The translations under genes and the position numbers were made by a program. This document shows, piece after piece, positions 26,041 to 36,297 of a stretch of DNA of 64,000 nt. The DNA comes from Myxococcota bacterium (lineage in GTDB: Bacteria > Myxococcota_A > SURF-8 > G963663525). The stretch covers positions 22,452 through 86,451 of the forward strand of contig CAXXVK010000054.1 of assembly GCA_963676915.2 (NCBI GenBank), in the 5' to 3' direction. Each line of letters starts with the position of its first letter. Positions within the stretch are counted from its first letter, which is position 1. A model generated the notes under the pieces. The model had not been told where the DNA came from, did no database searches, and worked only from the letters and a program-made list of their open reading frames with translations.

Positions 26041-27891
26041 CTACATGAAAACCTGCGTGAACCACGGGACGTAGCTCACCAACAGCACGGCGATGGCCCA
26101 CAATAGGATAAACGGCAGGGCGGCTCGGTAGACCTGTGTCAACGGTTTTCCGAAGGTATAGGCCGACATGAACAGGTTCATGCCAACCGGAGGCGTCAAA
26201 AAGCCGATTTCCAGGTTGACGAGAAAAATGATGCCGATGTGAGTCGGGGCGATACCATAGGCTTCGGCCATGGGTAGAATCATCGGAACCACCACGATAA
26301 TGGCGCTGACGATATCCATCAGACATCCGACAACCAGCAACAACAGGTTGAGCACCAGCAGAAAGACGAATTTGGATTCGATCGTCGTTGTGACCCACTC
26401 CACGGCGTCGGCCACGATTTCGGCTTCAATCAGGTAATCGGTGAAACCTTTGGCCATACCGATGATGATCAGAATGCCTCCGGTCAGGATTGTGCTCTGC
26501 ACCAGGGCATTCCAAAGACCGCTTTTCCACGAGTAGTCGCGATGGATAAAGCAGACCGTGATGATGGTATACAGCAAGGTCAGAGCAGCGGCCTCGACAA
26601 GGGTGGTCAGTCCTCCGAAAATTCCGCCGAGTACCAATACCGGCAGGAAAATTTCCCATTTGGCGCGCAGGATTTCCGCTTTGAGATTCTCCCATGAAAG
26701 CGAGGTGTTACGGGCTTCGCTACGCCGAGCGGTCCAGACACTGTAAGCTCCCAGTAACCCGATCAGCAGCAAAGCGGGCAGAAAACCGGCCACGTACATT
26801 TTGTCGATCGGCGTTCGTGCGGTTACGGCAAGCAGGATTACCGGAAGGCAGGGAGGCAGCAGCATTCCTAGCGAACCGGCAGAAGTGACGAGTCCCAGGG
26901 AAAAGCGTTCGGGATATTTTTCGTTGAGCAACAGCGGCATCAACAATCCACCCAAAGCGAGGATCGTTACCCCGGAAGCTCCCGAAAACGTTGTGAAAAA
27001 GGCGAACACAAGCATCGTGGCGATGGCAACGCCACCGGGCAGCCAGCCGAAAGCCGCCCGAAACAGGTCGGTCAGGCGTCGGGAGGTTTTTCCCAAGGCC
27101 ATAACGGTTCCTGCCGCTGTAAACAGGGGAATCGCCGGTAAAAACGGATCGGTTACGATTTCGTAAGCCGCTGTGGGAATGGCGACCAGGGACGTAATTT
27201 CAAGATCTGCTTCTCCCATGGCGTAAAACGACAGCGCCGCCGCCCCGCCCATCAGGATGAAAATCGGAGCGCCCATCAGTACCGTGGCGACGAGCATAAT
27301 CATGCCGGGCCAGAAGAGGTCCGGGCGGAAATCGGCGGGAATCAGCGCCAGGGAAATGACGATTCCGACAACTGCGAGGGTTGCCAGTTTCCAACTCCAG
27401 CGGGAGGATGAGCGCGTTGTAAAACGCCAGGCTGCCAAAGCCAGACCCAACGGAATGATGCTTTCGGCGATCCAAAGCGGTAGGTAATTGCCGATAGCGG
27501 CGGGGTTTTCTCGTTCGATATTAACTAGTTGGAACGAAGCGTAAGCCAGCACCAGCGAGACGCCCGCCGCCGTTCCATAAGCCAGGACTTTGCGCACGGT
27601 GTTCCAGGTAGAGTCCGACGCGCTGGCGAACCCCGTTCCGAATCCCAGGTGGCGTTCTTCACGAGAAGCCAAAGCGGCCCCGGAAAAAGCGATCCACAGG
27701 GTTCCATGCCGTACGAGCGAAACGCTGCCGGGGATGCTGTTTTCGAAGACACCACGAAACAGCGCTTCGAGCAGGGGAAGCCCCATCATCAACAACAGGA
27801 CGACAACCGAAAAGCTCTCTTCCGCGATTCCGGCCCATGTTCGCCACCCCGGCCCACGGTTAAGGTCGGGCAGGTGCGCTCCGTTTGTCAT
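26041..27891 (-). CDS. TRAP transporter fused small and large permease (DctQM / TatQM)
   Basis: N-terminal 4-TM DctQ region (GAALASREERH) plus DctM region (AIPLF, SGASG, LLPP, GFLTPPVGMNLF). Confidence 0.92.
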   Translation of the reverse strand: MTNGAHLPDLNRGPGWRTWAGIAEESFSVVVLLLMMGLPLLEALFRGVFENSIPGSVSLVRHGTLWIAFSGAALASREERHLGFGTGFASASDSTWNTVRKVLAYGTAAGVSLVLAYASFQLVNIERENPAAIGNYLPLWIAESIIPLGLALAAWRFTTRSSSRWSWKLATLAVVGIVISLALIPADFRPDLFWPGMIMLVATVLMGAPIFILMGGAAALSFYAMGEADLEITSLVAIPTAAYEIVTDPFLPAIPLFTAAGTVMALGKTSRRLTDLFRAAFGWLPGGVAIATMLVFAFFTTFSGASGVTILALGGLLMPLLLNEKYPERFSLGLVTSAGSLGMLLPPCLPVILLAVTARTPIDKMYVAGFLPALLLIGLLGAYSVWTARRSEARNTSLSWENLKAEILRAKWEIFLPVLVLGGIFGGLTTLVEAAALTLLYTIITVCFIHRDYSWKSGLWNALVQSTILTGGILIIIGMAKGFTDYLIEAEIVADAVEWVTTTIESKFVFLLVLNLLLLVVGCLMDIVSAIIVVVPMILPMAEAYGIAPTHIGIIFLVNLEIGFLTPPVGMNLFMSAYTFGKPLTQVYRAALPFILLWAIAVLLVSYVPWFTQVFM

Positions 27892-27893
27892 GA

Positions 27894-28952
27894 TTATTCA
27901 GCCGCCTTTTTCGCACGTAGGGCGTCTCGGGCTTTGATCGCGATGTCGATGGCTTCACCCGGCACCACTTTACCTCGGATGAACTGGTAGCCGTTCAACG
28001 ATTTTTCTTTGAAAACAGCTTCCTGTTCCGGGGTCGGCTTGTAGATTTGCAGACCGTATTTTTTCATGGTTTCGATGCTCTGATCGTCCAGGGCACGGAT
28101 GCGTTCGACTTCGGCGTCACCGTATTTTTTAGCGATTTCCTTCAGTTTCGGATGTAGATCGGCAGGGATTTTGTCCCAGATTTTCTTCGAAATCACGGTA
28201 GCTCCAACGAGGGGAGCGAATTTAAGGTCGTACATGTATTTTGCCTGTCCGAACCACTGCATCGCCAGTGCTGCCAGCGGCGGGGTGATCAATCCGTCCA
28301 GAAGACCCGTTTGCAGCGACGTGGTAATGTCTGCCGAGGCGACCTGCACGATGTTGAATCCCGTTTTCTGCCAGGCTTCGATGCTTCCCTGATCTCCAGC
28401 GCCGACGAACAATTTTTGCTGGCTCATTTGCTCGAAAGTTTCGATCTTGGTCATTGTGAAAAAGCGAATCCAGCCCGAATCTCCCTGATGCAGGAAAATG
28501 AACCCGTTGTCTTCGAGGCGCTTGGAAACCAGGGGTTCCAGCGCTTTGGCGCAGGTGTCGAGTTCTTCATAGTTGCGTACGAGGTAGGGAAGTTGCAGTG
28601 CCAGAAACGCCGGATCGATTTCACGGATACCGATGCTGGTCATCGTTGCGGCGTGCAGACGTCCCGTGCGGATTTTTCGAACCATTGCCTGTTCGCTGCC
28701 GAGAACGCCTCCGGGATAAATTTTGACTTTGATTTTACCGTTGCTGACTTTTTCCCATTCCTGTCCCATACGGGCCAGTCCGTTGTACCAAGGGGTATCT
28801 TTGGGAGCCAACGTACCGAGTTTAATGACGATTTTTCCTCCGGCTACAGCCGAAGAGAAGGGGGCGAAGCCGGTAACAATCAAAACAGCGAGAAGCAGAA
28901 CGATTCCCGCAAGGCTCGTAGGTCGAATCGAATGCGACATGTCATACCTCAT
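27894..28952 (-). CDS. TRAP substrate-binding protein (DctP / TatP)
   Basis: Signal peptide; IKLGTLAP, YPGGVLG and LQTGLLDG motifs. Confidence 0.92.
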   Translation of the reverse strand: MRYDMSHSIRPTSLAGIVLLLAVLIVTGFAPFSSAVAGGKIVIKLGTLAPKDTPWYNGLARMGQEWEKVSNGKIKVKIYPGGVLGSEQAMVRKIRTGRLHAATMTSIGIREIDPAFLALQLPYLVRNYEELDTCAKALEPLVSKRLEDNGFIFLHQGDSGWIRFFTMTKIETFEQMSQQKLFVGAGDQGSIEAWQKTGFNIVQVASADITTSLQTGLLDGLITPPLAALAMQWFGQAKYMYDLKFAPLVGATVISKKIWDKIPADLHPKLKEIAKKYGDAEVERIRALDDQSIETMKKYGLQIYKPTPEQEAVFKEKSLNGYQFIRGKVVPGEAIDIAIKARDALRAKKAAE

Positions 28953-29860
28953 TATAGAAACAGATCATCCACTTTCATTTTAAGACGCATGGCCCGTTGT
29001 TGCATCAGCGTGTTGACAAGCTTGAATTCCGGGGCTTTTTCTGGATCGATGGCCAAAGCCATCTCCAGCAGGGATAAAAACTCGTTGCGGTCCTGCTTGG
29101 CGACGCTGATGCTTTCGGCCAGGGCGATATAGGGGGAAGCTTTTTTGCCATTGGAGAGTTCCACGGCTCGTCGGAAGTGTTGGCGGGCTTGTTCTTCTCC
29201 GCCTCCCTGTTCTTCTGCGGTCATCGCGCAATACGTGATGAAAAATTCGTGAATCGAGCCTTTTTCGTACGATTCGTTCAATTCCAGCGCACGTTTGAGC
29301 ATTGATACCGCCGTAGGAAGACTGCCGATGGCGTCGGTGTCGCCACGGTTCACGTTTGCGTGGGCGGCTAAGGAAAGACCGGTCCAGTACAGCAAGCCGA
29401 CTTGTTCTTTTTCCATATCGGCTAAGGCGCGATCGAGATCTTTGACGGATCGTTCCTCGAAACCGGGTTGGGCGATTTCCAGACCTTGCATTCCGTACCG
29501 ATAGGCCCGCATGAAAAGTTTCGCCGCGCGTTTTTTCAAACGTAGCGACTCGTCGAAATCTTTTTCTTCGATGGCTTCCGCTTTGAGTTGCACGAAAGCA
29601 TAGGCGTATTGCGTGAAACCGCTGGCCAGAGCCAAATGAATACCTTCGTGCTCGGGGGCTCCGTCGCGGACGCTTTCCATCACCTTCAACGCGAAGGGTA
29701 GGGCTTCGGCAATCAATTCCGGATCGTCGTCCTGGGCGAAGGTCGAGGCCGGTCCCTCACTCAAGTAATTTGCCGCGAAATGATTGAGTGAGCAGCCGGA
29801 AGCCAAGAAAGCAAAAAGCAGGCATCCAAATGTTACGAGATGATAATGTAGATTACTCAT
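28952..29860 (-). CDS. TRAP transporter TatT component (TPR-like lipoprotein)
   Basis: Lipobox LASGC; DDPELIAEALP; YAYAFV; GGGEEQARQHFRRA; TAATG coupling to dctP. Confidence 0.88.
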   Translation of the reverse strand: MSNLHYHLVTFGCLLFAFLASGCSLNHFAANYLSEGPASTFAQDDDPELIAEALPFALKVMESVRDGAPEHEGIHLALASGFTQYAYAFVQLKAEAIEEKDFDESLRLKKRAAKLFMRAYRYGMQGLEIAQPGFEERSVKDLDRALADMEKEQVGLLYWTGLSLAAHANVNRGDTDAIGSLPTAVSMLKRALELNESYEKGSIHEFFITYCAMTAEEQGGGEEQARQHFRRAVELSNGKKASPYIALAESISVAKQDRNEFLSLLEMALAIDPEKAPEFKLVNTLMQQRAMRLKMKVDDLFL

Positions 29861-30112
29861 GTGCAAACCCATGGGTTTGAGATGAAGACAGTTGTTCAAT
29901 GAAACGAGTGTTCACCGAAGCGGACGAATGAAACCTTACGCCCTTCAAAGCATATTTTTGATCAGGATGCAACGGATTGGATAAAATTGAATGAATCTTA
30001 AGCAGAAATTCAAGTGAATTTTGAAAAAGAAACGTATTGCAGGTGTTTCTGGAATGTAGAATAGCAGTTCAAGATTGTGAAAAATGGGTGGAAGTTGATA
30101 AACAACCTCCAT

Positions 30113-30142
30113 AAAACGAACATTTCATAAAATGTTCGTTTT
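30113..30142. repeat. 13-bp perfect inverted repeat (csp terminator or an operator for the TRAP operon)
   Basis: AAAACGAACATTT-cata-AAATGTTCGTTTT. Confidence 0.6.
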
Positions 30143-30253
30143 GCAAACAACAACGACAGATCACGCTATCGTACTATCCATGTACGATGGATCTATGCTT
30201 CGGTATACAATGACGGATCGTTACCGGTCAGTTCCACATATCAGGAACTACTT

Positions 30254-30493
30254 TTAGGAGTCGACTTCCTCTAGTTGGACAGGTCTGTCCATACGTAAGA
30301 CGTGACGGGCCAGCAAACCCTTCGGACCGCTGACACATTCGAATTCGACTTCTTGACCTTCATAAAGGGAACGGAACCCCTTTCCTTCGACAGCGGTATA
30401 ATGGACGAAAACGTCCTCACCCGAAGCGCGAAGGATAAAACCGTATCCCTTTACGTCATTGAACCATTTAACTTTGCCCCTCTCGAATGCCAT
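30254..30493 (-). CDS. Cold-shock protein (CspA family)
   Basis: GKVKWFN, KGYGFI (RNP1) and DVFVHY (RNP2). Confidence 0.95.
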   Translation of the reverse strand: MAFERGKVKWFNDVKGYGFILRASGEDVFVHYTAVEGKGFRSLYEGQEVEFECVSGPKGLLARHVLRMDRPVQLEEVDS

Positions 30494-30933
30494 TCATCTC
30501 CCCATAAGCAGATGTTTCCCCATACTCTGCTGTAAAATCCCCGAATGTAGTTCTTAAACTTCATAGTACGTCACCAAAATACGTCACTAGACAAATTATG
30601 GCATAGATTGACAAAAAATTCAAAAAGTTATTTGTATCGGTTCTTTAGGTTGTTTTTCGATGTGTTTTCAAGGAGTTCGGCGACAGAATTGGACAAGATC
30701 GAAGAAACCGTTTTATAACATCGGCGCAGGGGAGGAGAATTTTACAGTCGGTTATCTATTGTATTGTCATTTTTAGGAAAATACCATATTTAAAATTTGC
30801 CAAGGCATGGCATTTACCAAAGATCGAATTTAAATCGCTAGAAACGTCTCATTTTTGCAGAAGCAAAAATGAGACGTTTTCTGACAAAACGTGGCAGATT
30901 TTCAAGGGCCAAAGATAAGCTGTTGACGCCTTT

Positions 30934-33318
30934 CTATTTTTCCGGAACGATGAACCCGTAATAACGTCCCATCCAGTAAGGCATGATAAAGTCCGCGCCA
31001 TCCAATTCACGGTTAGCGCCCCATCCGCCTTCAATTTCATATTGACAGGTGTTGTGGCGGATGTTCGGACGTTCGTCGCCGGGTAGGATGTAGCCGTCGC
31101 TTCGCATCCTACGGTCGTCGTAGCGATCCGAATAATACGGCGGGGCGATGACGAGATCCAAACGGTGGTTGTTGTGTTGGGGCCAGCGGATCAGATCCAT
31201 GGGATACAGTTTGAACCATCGCGAGGCATAAAAAAAGTCCGTCACGTCACCGCCTAAAACTGCGTTGATCATGTCCCACATGGCGGCTTGTTGGAGTTCC
31301 ATGTTTCCGTAGGTGTTTTTCCATCCTTCCAGCCACATCGCCCTTAATTCGGGATCGCTTTCGTAGCGCAGCAAGGGGAAGAACGCCTGGGTGGCCAACT
31401 CGTCACCGTCGCCGCTGCCTTGTCGGAACGTCGGTTCGCTTTCATGAACGATATTTTCGTCGTAATGGTGTTCTTCGATCAGTTCCGCTTTGGCATCCAG
31501 GTATTTTTGTTTTCCGGTCATGTAATGTGCCAGAGTCAACGCGGCGATCATCTGCACGCTGCGGCGACCACCGTCGGAAATCGCGCCCACAACCGGATGA
31601 TTGACGTATTCCGGGTCGAACTGACCGTAGGAGGTGACTTCTCCGTCAACATCCCAAAGTTGATAGCCATGATCGACGATGCCGCCGATGATGTTATCCA
31701 CATGCTGGCGGATGGCGTCTTTCTGGCTGTCGTCGGCGCAGAGGTCGTAGGCGTGTCCCATCATAAACATGTGCGAAGTGACTTCATCGTTGGACGTATC
31801 CGCTTTTACCCACCATTCTCCGTCGGGGGAGGTGAACCACTCGCCATCGTCGGGATTATCGCAGTCATCCAGGACGCAGCCTTCTTTTCGAATCACCGAA
31901 CGGGCCATAAAGTAGTCCGTACCGGTCAACGTCTGGAAACTGAGCATTCTCTCCAGCGACTGGTCGAAATGGTCCTTGGCTTCTTCATCCCCCGTGATGA
32001 GGTAGCGGAAGCACTCGGCCAATAGCCAATAGCAGGTCCACCCACCATCGTTATCGGAATCGTACGGAACGCTCGTCGAGAGATCGCCCGCAACGCTCAA
32101 TCGTGAATCGGCGACGGCACCTTCTCTATTGTGCCGCAACACCACGCGTTCGATGGCGCGGTCTACCTTTTCCTCAAGGGTCATCCACTCCACCGTTACC
32201 GAGGCCAGACCACCTTCCGTAGCGAAGTAGATCGGGCCGTCTACGAGGCTTGTGTCTGTTGCAATGGAGTGTACGTGTCGGTCCGGCAACCATCTAAGAT
32301 CATTATAGATTCTCCATTCCGGTCCGATATCGCGTTCGATGATGCGATAGGCGCCGTCTTTCGTTCCGACAAGAAATCCACCGTCCGAAGCAGCGGTTGC
32401 GCAGGTTGGAGAGGAGAAAGGAATACGACCCTCGGTGAACTCGGGAACATCCATCACCAGCGGAGTGGTTCCGCTAAGGTCGAGACCTATCAATCCATCT
32501 TCACCGATCACTACGAGATCGATGGAAGAGGGCAGGCTTACATCGGCTACCATGGCTCGGATTGTACCCGACAGAGGTTCGGTGATCGGTGTGAATTTGA
32601 AGGTCGCTTCGGGGAGTTCGGCGGCTTGCGGCAACGAGTAGGCTTTCAATGTGTCTTCGAAGGCAACGAATAGCTGGGTTTCCGTTTCGAGTACTGCTGT
32701 AACCGGAGTGCCGTTGCTCGGCCAGACGACGCCCTGATCGTCGGCGAATCCCATCCCTTGATCCGTGAGTATATACAGGTAGTTGGAGCCACCGACAAGG
32801 CCCGTGATCGTCAAGCCGTCGGGAACTCCAACGGTTTCGTTTTCTCCATACAAATAGGATTCACTGGCCATGAAAAGATTCGCACCAAGAAAAGCGGCGT
32901 ATTGAAGATCGGGATGGGTCGTGTCAATCGCCTGAATTTCCGGGTTTCCGTTGCCGTTTCGCGAGACGGGTCCACGGGTGGAGATTTGTAGAGGAGTTTC
33001 GTACCCGATAGCGGATTCCGGTGGGAACAATACCGAGGCAAGCGGACCGATTCCGGCTTCGACCTCGTTGCCGGTATGATTGATTTCCTGACGGAAAGGA
33101 ACATCGACATACGGTGTTTCCGTTTGGGGCGGAACGAATGGGACCGTTAGGGTTTCGGCGTCGTCCGTGTCCTGTTCCATTTCTTCGTTCTGTTCTATTT
33201 GGTCGGTATCCCCTGGAGTCGTATTGGATTCGGAGTCATCGCTGCAAGCGGTACCAAACACCGATACGATCAACAAAATCAGAAATGCCAAAACGAAGGA
33301 ATGAAGGTGATTTTTCAT
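30934..33318 (-). CDS. Large hypothetical lipoprotein (beta-propeller-like N-terminal region, helical C-terminal domain)
   Basis: Lipobox GTAC with acidic linker SDDSESNTTPGDTD; propeller-like repeats (FLVGTKDG, YFATEGGL); DSDNDGGWT and KADTSNDE motifs. Confidence 0.75.
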   Translation of the reverse strand: MKNHLHSFVLAFLILLIVSVFGTACSDDSESNTTPGDTDQIEQNEEMEQDTDDAETLTVPFVPPQTETPYVDVPFRQEINHTGNEVEAGIGPLASVLFPPESAIGYETPLQISTRGPVSRNGNGNPEIQAIDTTHPDLQYAAFLGANLFMASESYLYGENETVGVPDGLTITGLVGGSNYLYILTDQGMGFADDQGVVWPSNGTPVTAVLETETQLFVAFEDTLKAYSLPQAAELPEATFKFTPITEPLSGTIRAMVADVSLPSSIDLVVIGEDGLIGLDLSGTTPLVMDVPEFTEGRIPFSSPTCATAASDGGFLVGTKDGAYRIIERDIGPEWRIYNDLRWLPDRHVHSIATDTSLVDGPIYFATEGGLASVTVEWMTLEEKVDRAIERVVLRHNREGAVADSRLSVAGDLSTSVPYDSDNDGGWTCYWLLAECFRYLITGDEEAKDHFDQSLERMLSFQTLTGTDYFMARSVIRKEGCVLDDCDNPDDGEWFTSPDGEWWVKADTSNDEVTSHMFMMGHAYDLCADDSQKDAIRQHVDNIIGGIVDHGYQLWDVDGEVTSYGQFDPEYVNHPVVGAISDGGRRSVQMIAALTLAHYMTGKQKYLDAKAELIEEHHYDENIVHESEPTFRQGSGDGDELATQAFFPLLRYESDPELRAMWLEGWKNTYGNMELQQAAMWDMINAVLGGDVTDFFYASRWFKLYPMDLIRWPQHNNHRLDLVIAPPYYSDRYDDRRMRSDGYILPGDERPNIRHNTCQYEIEGGWGANRELDGADFIMPYWMGRYYGFIVPEK

Positions 33319-33543
33319 AAATTTTATCCTTTTTTCACGACCTTGCATCGAAACAAAGACGCAAGGGAGAAAGTCATGTCTCCAAATCCGTTTTCTTTTA
33401 CAATCTACACCAAGGTTTTGTCCACCGTTTCTCTAAAGATCGAGCGATGAAACGGGCAACGAGTGGATTTTCCAAGACTTTTCTTTGCTTTTTTGCCTGT
33501 TTTTCATTGTAATAGAGATATGTAAGCTCAAGGATTATCAAAC

Positions 33544-36273
33544 ATGGGTGAAGGACAACAACTCAACGGTTTGCTGGGGTTGGCTCTGCAAGCGTTCGAA
33601 AATATTGACGATGCGGTCATTACGTACGATGAAAACGGCCATGTCACCGGCTGGAACCGCGCCGCCGAAATCATTTACGATATCAGTCACGAAACCGCGC
33701 TGGATCAGAAAATCGATCAAATTCTACATATTGAAGATGAATCTGTCTCTCACGAAGATATCCGACGAGAAGTGCAACAAAAAGGCAGTTGGCGTGGGGA
33801 GTTGCAGCAGCGAAGCAAAAGCGGAAAGCGAGTTTGGGTAGACTGGTCCATTGCGATGCTGATCTTTCCCGAGATCGGTCCGGTAGGGATGATTTCGATC
33901 ACAAAGGACATCACCGAACGGAAAACCGTCGAGGAGAAACTAAGGGACAGTGAAGCTCGTTACAGGCTGTTGGCCAACAATTCCAACGATGTCATCTGGG
34001 TTCGAGATTTGAACCTGAAGATTCAATACATCTCTCCATCGGTCGAGAACCAACTCGGGTACACTGTCGAGGAAGCCACTGCCCTGAAAACCGAACAGCT
34101 ACTCACTCCCGATAGCCTCAACAAAGCTATGGCTTTGCTTGCCAAAGCCTTGGAATTGGGCAAAAAGCACCACATCATGGAATTGGAACACGTCCATAAG
34201 AACGGTCAGCGTCTATGGATCGAAATCAACGCCAGGATGTTGCACGACGAAGAAGGGAACCCGATATCGTTGCTTGGAGTTTCCCGCGATATCACGAAGC
34301 GCAAGCGGGCCGAAAATCTTCTTCGGTTGCAACGCGATCTGGCATTGAAACTTGGCGAAACCATTTCCTTGGAAGAAATGGTCCGCCAATGTCTGGCCAT
34401 TTCCATCGAAAGCGGCCAGATGGATTGCGGAGCGATTTTCCTCGTATCGGAAGAAGATGCAGAGCTTCGATATACCGATTCTCTTGGAAATTCGAGAGCT
34501 TTTGTAAAGGAAGTTCAACAGGGAGAAGTGGCGGCTCTTTTAACGAAAATCCTCAAAGATGGCAAACCTCGATACGACTTGTTTCATACTTTCAACTTGC
34601 CTTTGAATGTGCCGACGAGGGAGAGTAAGTTGCGAGCTACGGCAGTATTGCCCTTGGTGTATCAGGATCGTATCGTTGGTTCGTTGAGTCTGGCTTCGTA
34701 TTCGAAAAACGAAATCCCCCATTTCATCCGGCAGGCGTTGGAAGCCATTGCCTCTCAGATTGCATCAAGTATTGCTAGAAAACGGGCGGAGGATCGTTTG
34801 CAGCGATCGGAAGACCGCTTGCGGGCGTATGTCGAGGCGATCCCGGATCTTTCGGTTGTTTTCGACGAAGAGGGTAAATTTATCGAAATTGTTTCGAATG
34901 AAAACAATCCTTATTTGAAGCAATTAAGAGAGGCGAAAGGCTTTTACATTAAGGACTACGTTTCTTCCACTGATGAAAAAGAGTTTTTACGGGTTATTTC
35001 GAAAACTTTGGAATCCGGTCAGTCTCAGCGAATGGAATATCCTATCCATGCTCCTGGAAAAGTTCTATGGTTCGAGGCGACAACCAGTGTTTTACATTAT
35101 GCTTTCGGTGAAAAGCGTCATGTGCTCTGGATGGCTCGGGAAACGACTGAGCGTCGCGAAGCCAGTCTCGCTCTGCAGGCAAGCGAACAGCGAATTCAAG
35201 CTTTGTTGAACGCCCCGGTGGATTCGGCCATTCTCATCGATCGTCAGGGCAATATCCAGGCTCTCAACGATGTGGCTGGACAAAAGCTTGCTGGAAGTAT
35301 TTCCGAGTTGAAAGGTCAATGCCTTTATTCGTTTCTACCGGAACCTTTACGTTCGGATCGGAGACGGAAGTACGAAACCGTATTCAGCAAGAAAAAGCCT
35401 TTACGTTTCGAAGATTCCCATTCGCAGACCGTTTACGACAACAGCGTGTACCCGGTTTTCGACGAGAATAAAAACGTTGAGGCTTTGGCTGTATACACAA
35501 GAGATATCACTCATATACGAAGTTTCGAAAAAGAAAAGCGGAGAATGGAAGCACAGCTTCGGCACCAGCAGAAACTGGAATCCATCGGAACATTGGCCTC
35601 CGGAGTGGCACACGAGATCAACAATCCCATTAATATTATTATGAATTACGGGGAATTGATTCTCGATGAAGTCGATAGAAAAAAGAATGTCATTGGAGAT
35701 TATTCTCGGGAAATCATTTCCGAGGGGCAGCGTATCTCGGATATCGTAAGGAATTTGTTGGCATTTTCTCGTCAGGAGCAGGAAACTTTTTCGCGAGCGA
35801 ATCCCAAAGAAATCATAGAATCCACTCTGACTCTGGTGAGCAAGATTCTACAGAAAGATCAGATCGAATTGGAGTCGAGGGTTGAAAACGATTTGCCGAT
35901 GGTTCGTTGTAACAAGCAGCAGATGATGCAAGTTTTGATGAATTTGCTCACCAACGCACGCGATGCTTTGAACCAACGATTTCCGAAACCCGATCCTCAA
36001 AAAAAGGTGATTCTTCATGCGAGGGTTCAAGAGGCGATCAGGAAAAAATGGGTAAGGATAGAAGTCGAGGACTATGGTATCGGAATGTCCAAGGAAGTGG
36101 CGGAGAGGATTTTCGATCCGTTTTTTACCACCAAATCCCGTGCGAATGGAACGGGGCTTGGATTGTCTATTAGCCATGGAATCATGCTCGAAAACAAAGG
36201 GCGCTTAAGCTTCAGTACAGAGCCAAACAAAGGAAGCATTTTTGTTATGGAATTGAATGCGGAAGACGAATAG
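33544..36273 (+). CDS. PAS-PAS-GAF-PAS-PAS sensor histidine kinase
   Basis: GTLASGVAHEINNP H-box; NLLTNARDA; DYGIG; FDPFFTTK; GTGLGL; no transmembrane segment, no REC domain. Confidence 0.93.
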   Translation: MGEGQQLNGLLGLALQAFENIDDAVITYDENGHVTGWNRAAEIIYDISHETALDQKIDQILHIEDESVSHEDIRREVQQKGSWRGELQQRSKSGKRVWVDWSIAMLIFPEIGPVGMISITKDITERKTVEEKLRDSEARYRLLANNSNDVIWVRDLNLKIQYISPSVENQLGYTVEEATALKTEQLLTPDSLNKAMALLAKALELGKKHHIMELEHVHKNGQRLWIEINARMLHDEEGNPISLLGVSRDITKRKRAENLLRLQRDLALKLGETISLEEMVRQCLAISIESGQMDCGAIFLVSEEDAELRYTDSLGNSRAFVKEVQQGEVAALLTKILKDGKPRYDLFHTFNLPLNVPTRESKLRATAVLPLVYQDRIVGSLSLASYSKNEIPHFIRQALEAIASQIASSIARKRAEDRLQRSEDRLRAYVEAIPDLSVVFDEEGKFIEIVSNENNPYLKQLREAKGFYIKDYVSSTDEKEFLRVISKTLESGQSQRMEYPIHAPGKVLWFEATTSVLHYAFGEKRHVLWMARETTERREASLALQASEQRIQALLNAPVDSAILIDRQGNIQALNDVAGQKLAGSISELKGQCLYSFLPEPLRSDRRRKYETVFSKKKPLRFEDSHSQTVYDNSVYPVFDENKNVEALAVYTRDITHIRSFEKEKRRMEAQLRHQQKLESIGTLASGVAHEINNPINIIMNYGELILDEVDRKKNVIGDYSREIISEGQRISDIVRNLLAFSRQEQETFSRANPKEIIESTLTLVSKILQKDQIELESRVENDLPMVRCNKQQMMQVLMNLLTNARDALNQRFPKPDPQKKVILHARVQEAIRKKWVRIEVEDYGIGMSKEVAERIFDPFFTTKSRANGTGLGLSISHGIMLENKGRLSFSTEPNKGSIFVMELNAEDE

Positions 36274-36297
36274 TCTCAGTTTTCAGTTTCGTTACTG

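Noticed and set aside
30563-30587. TACGTCAC direct repeat upstream of csp, with a 12-nt match (ATAGTACGTCAC) upstream of tRNA-Ser at 11838-11849
   Set aside because: A single 12-mer match is expected by chance in a window this size, and the orientation relative to the downstream genes differs
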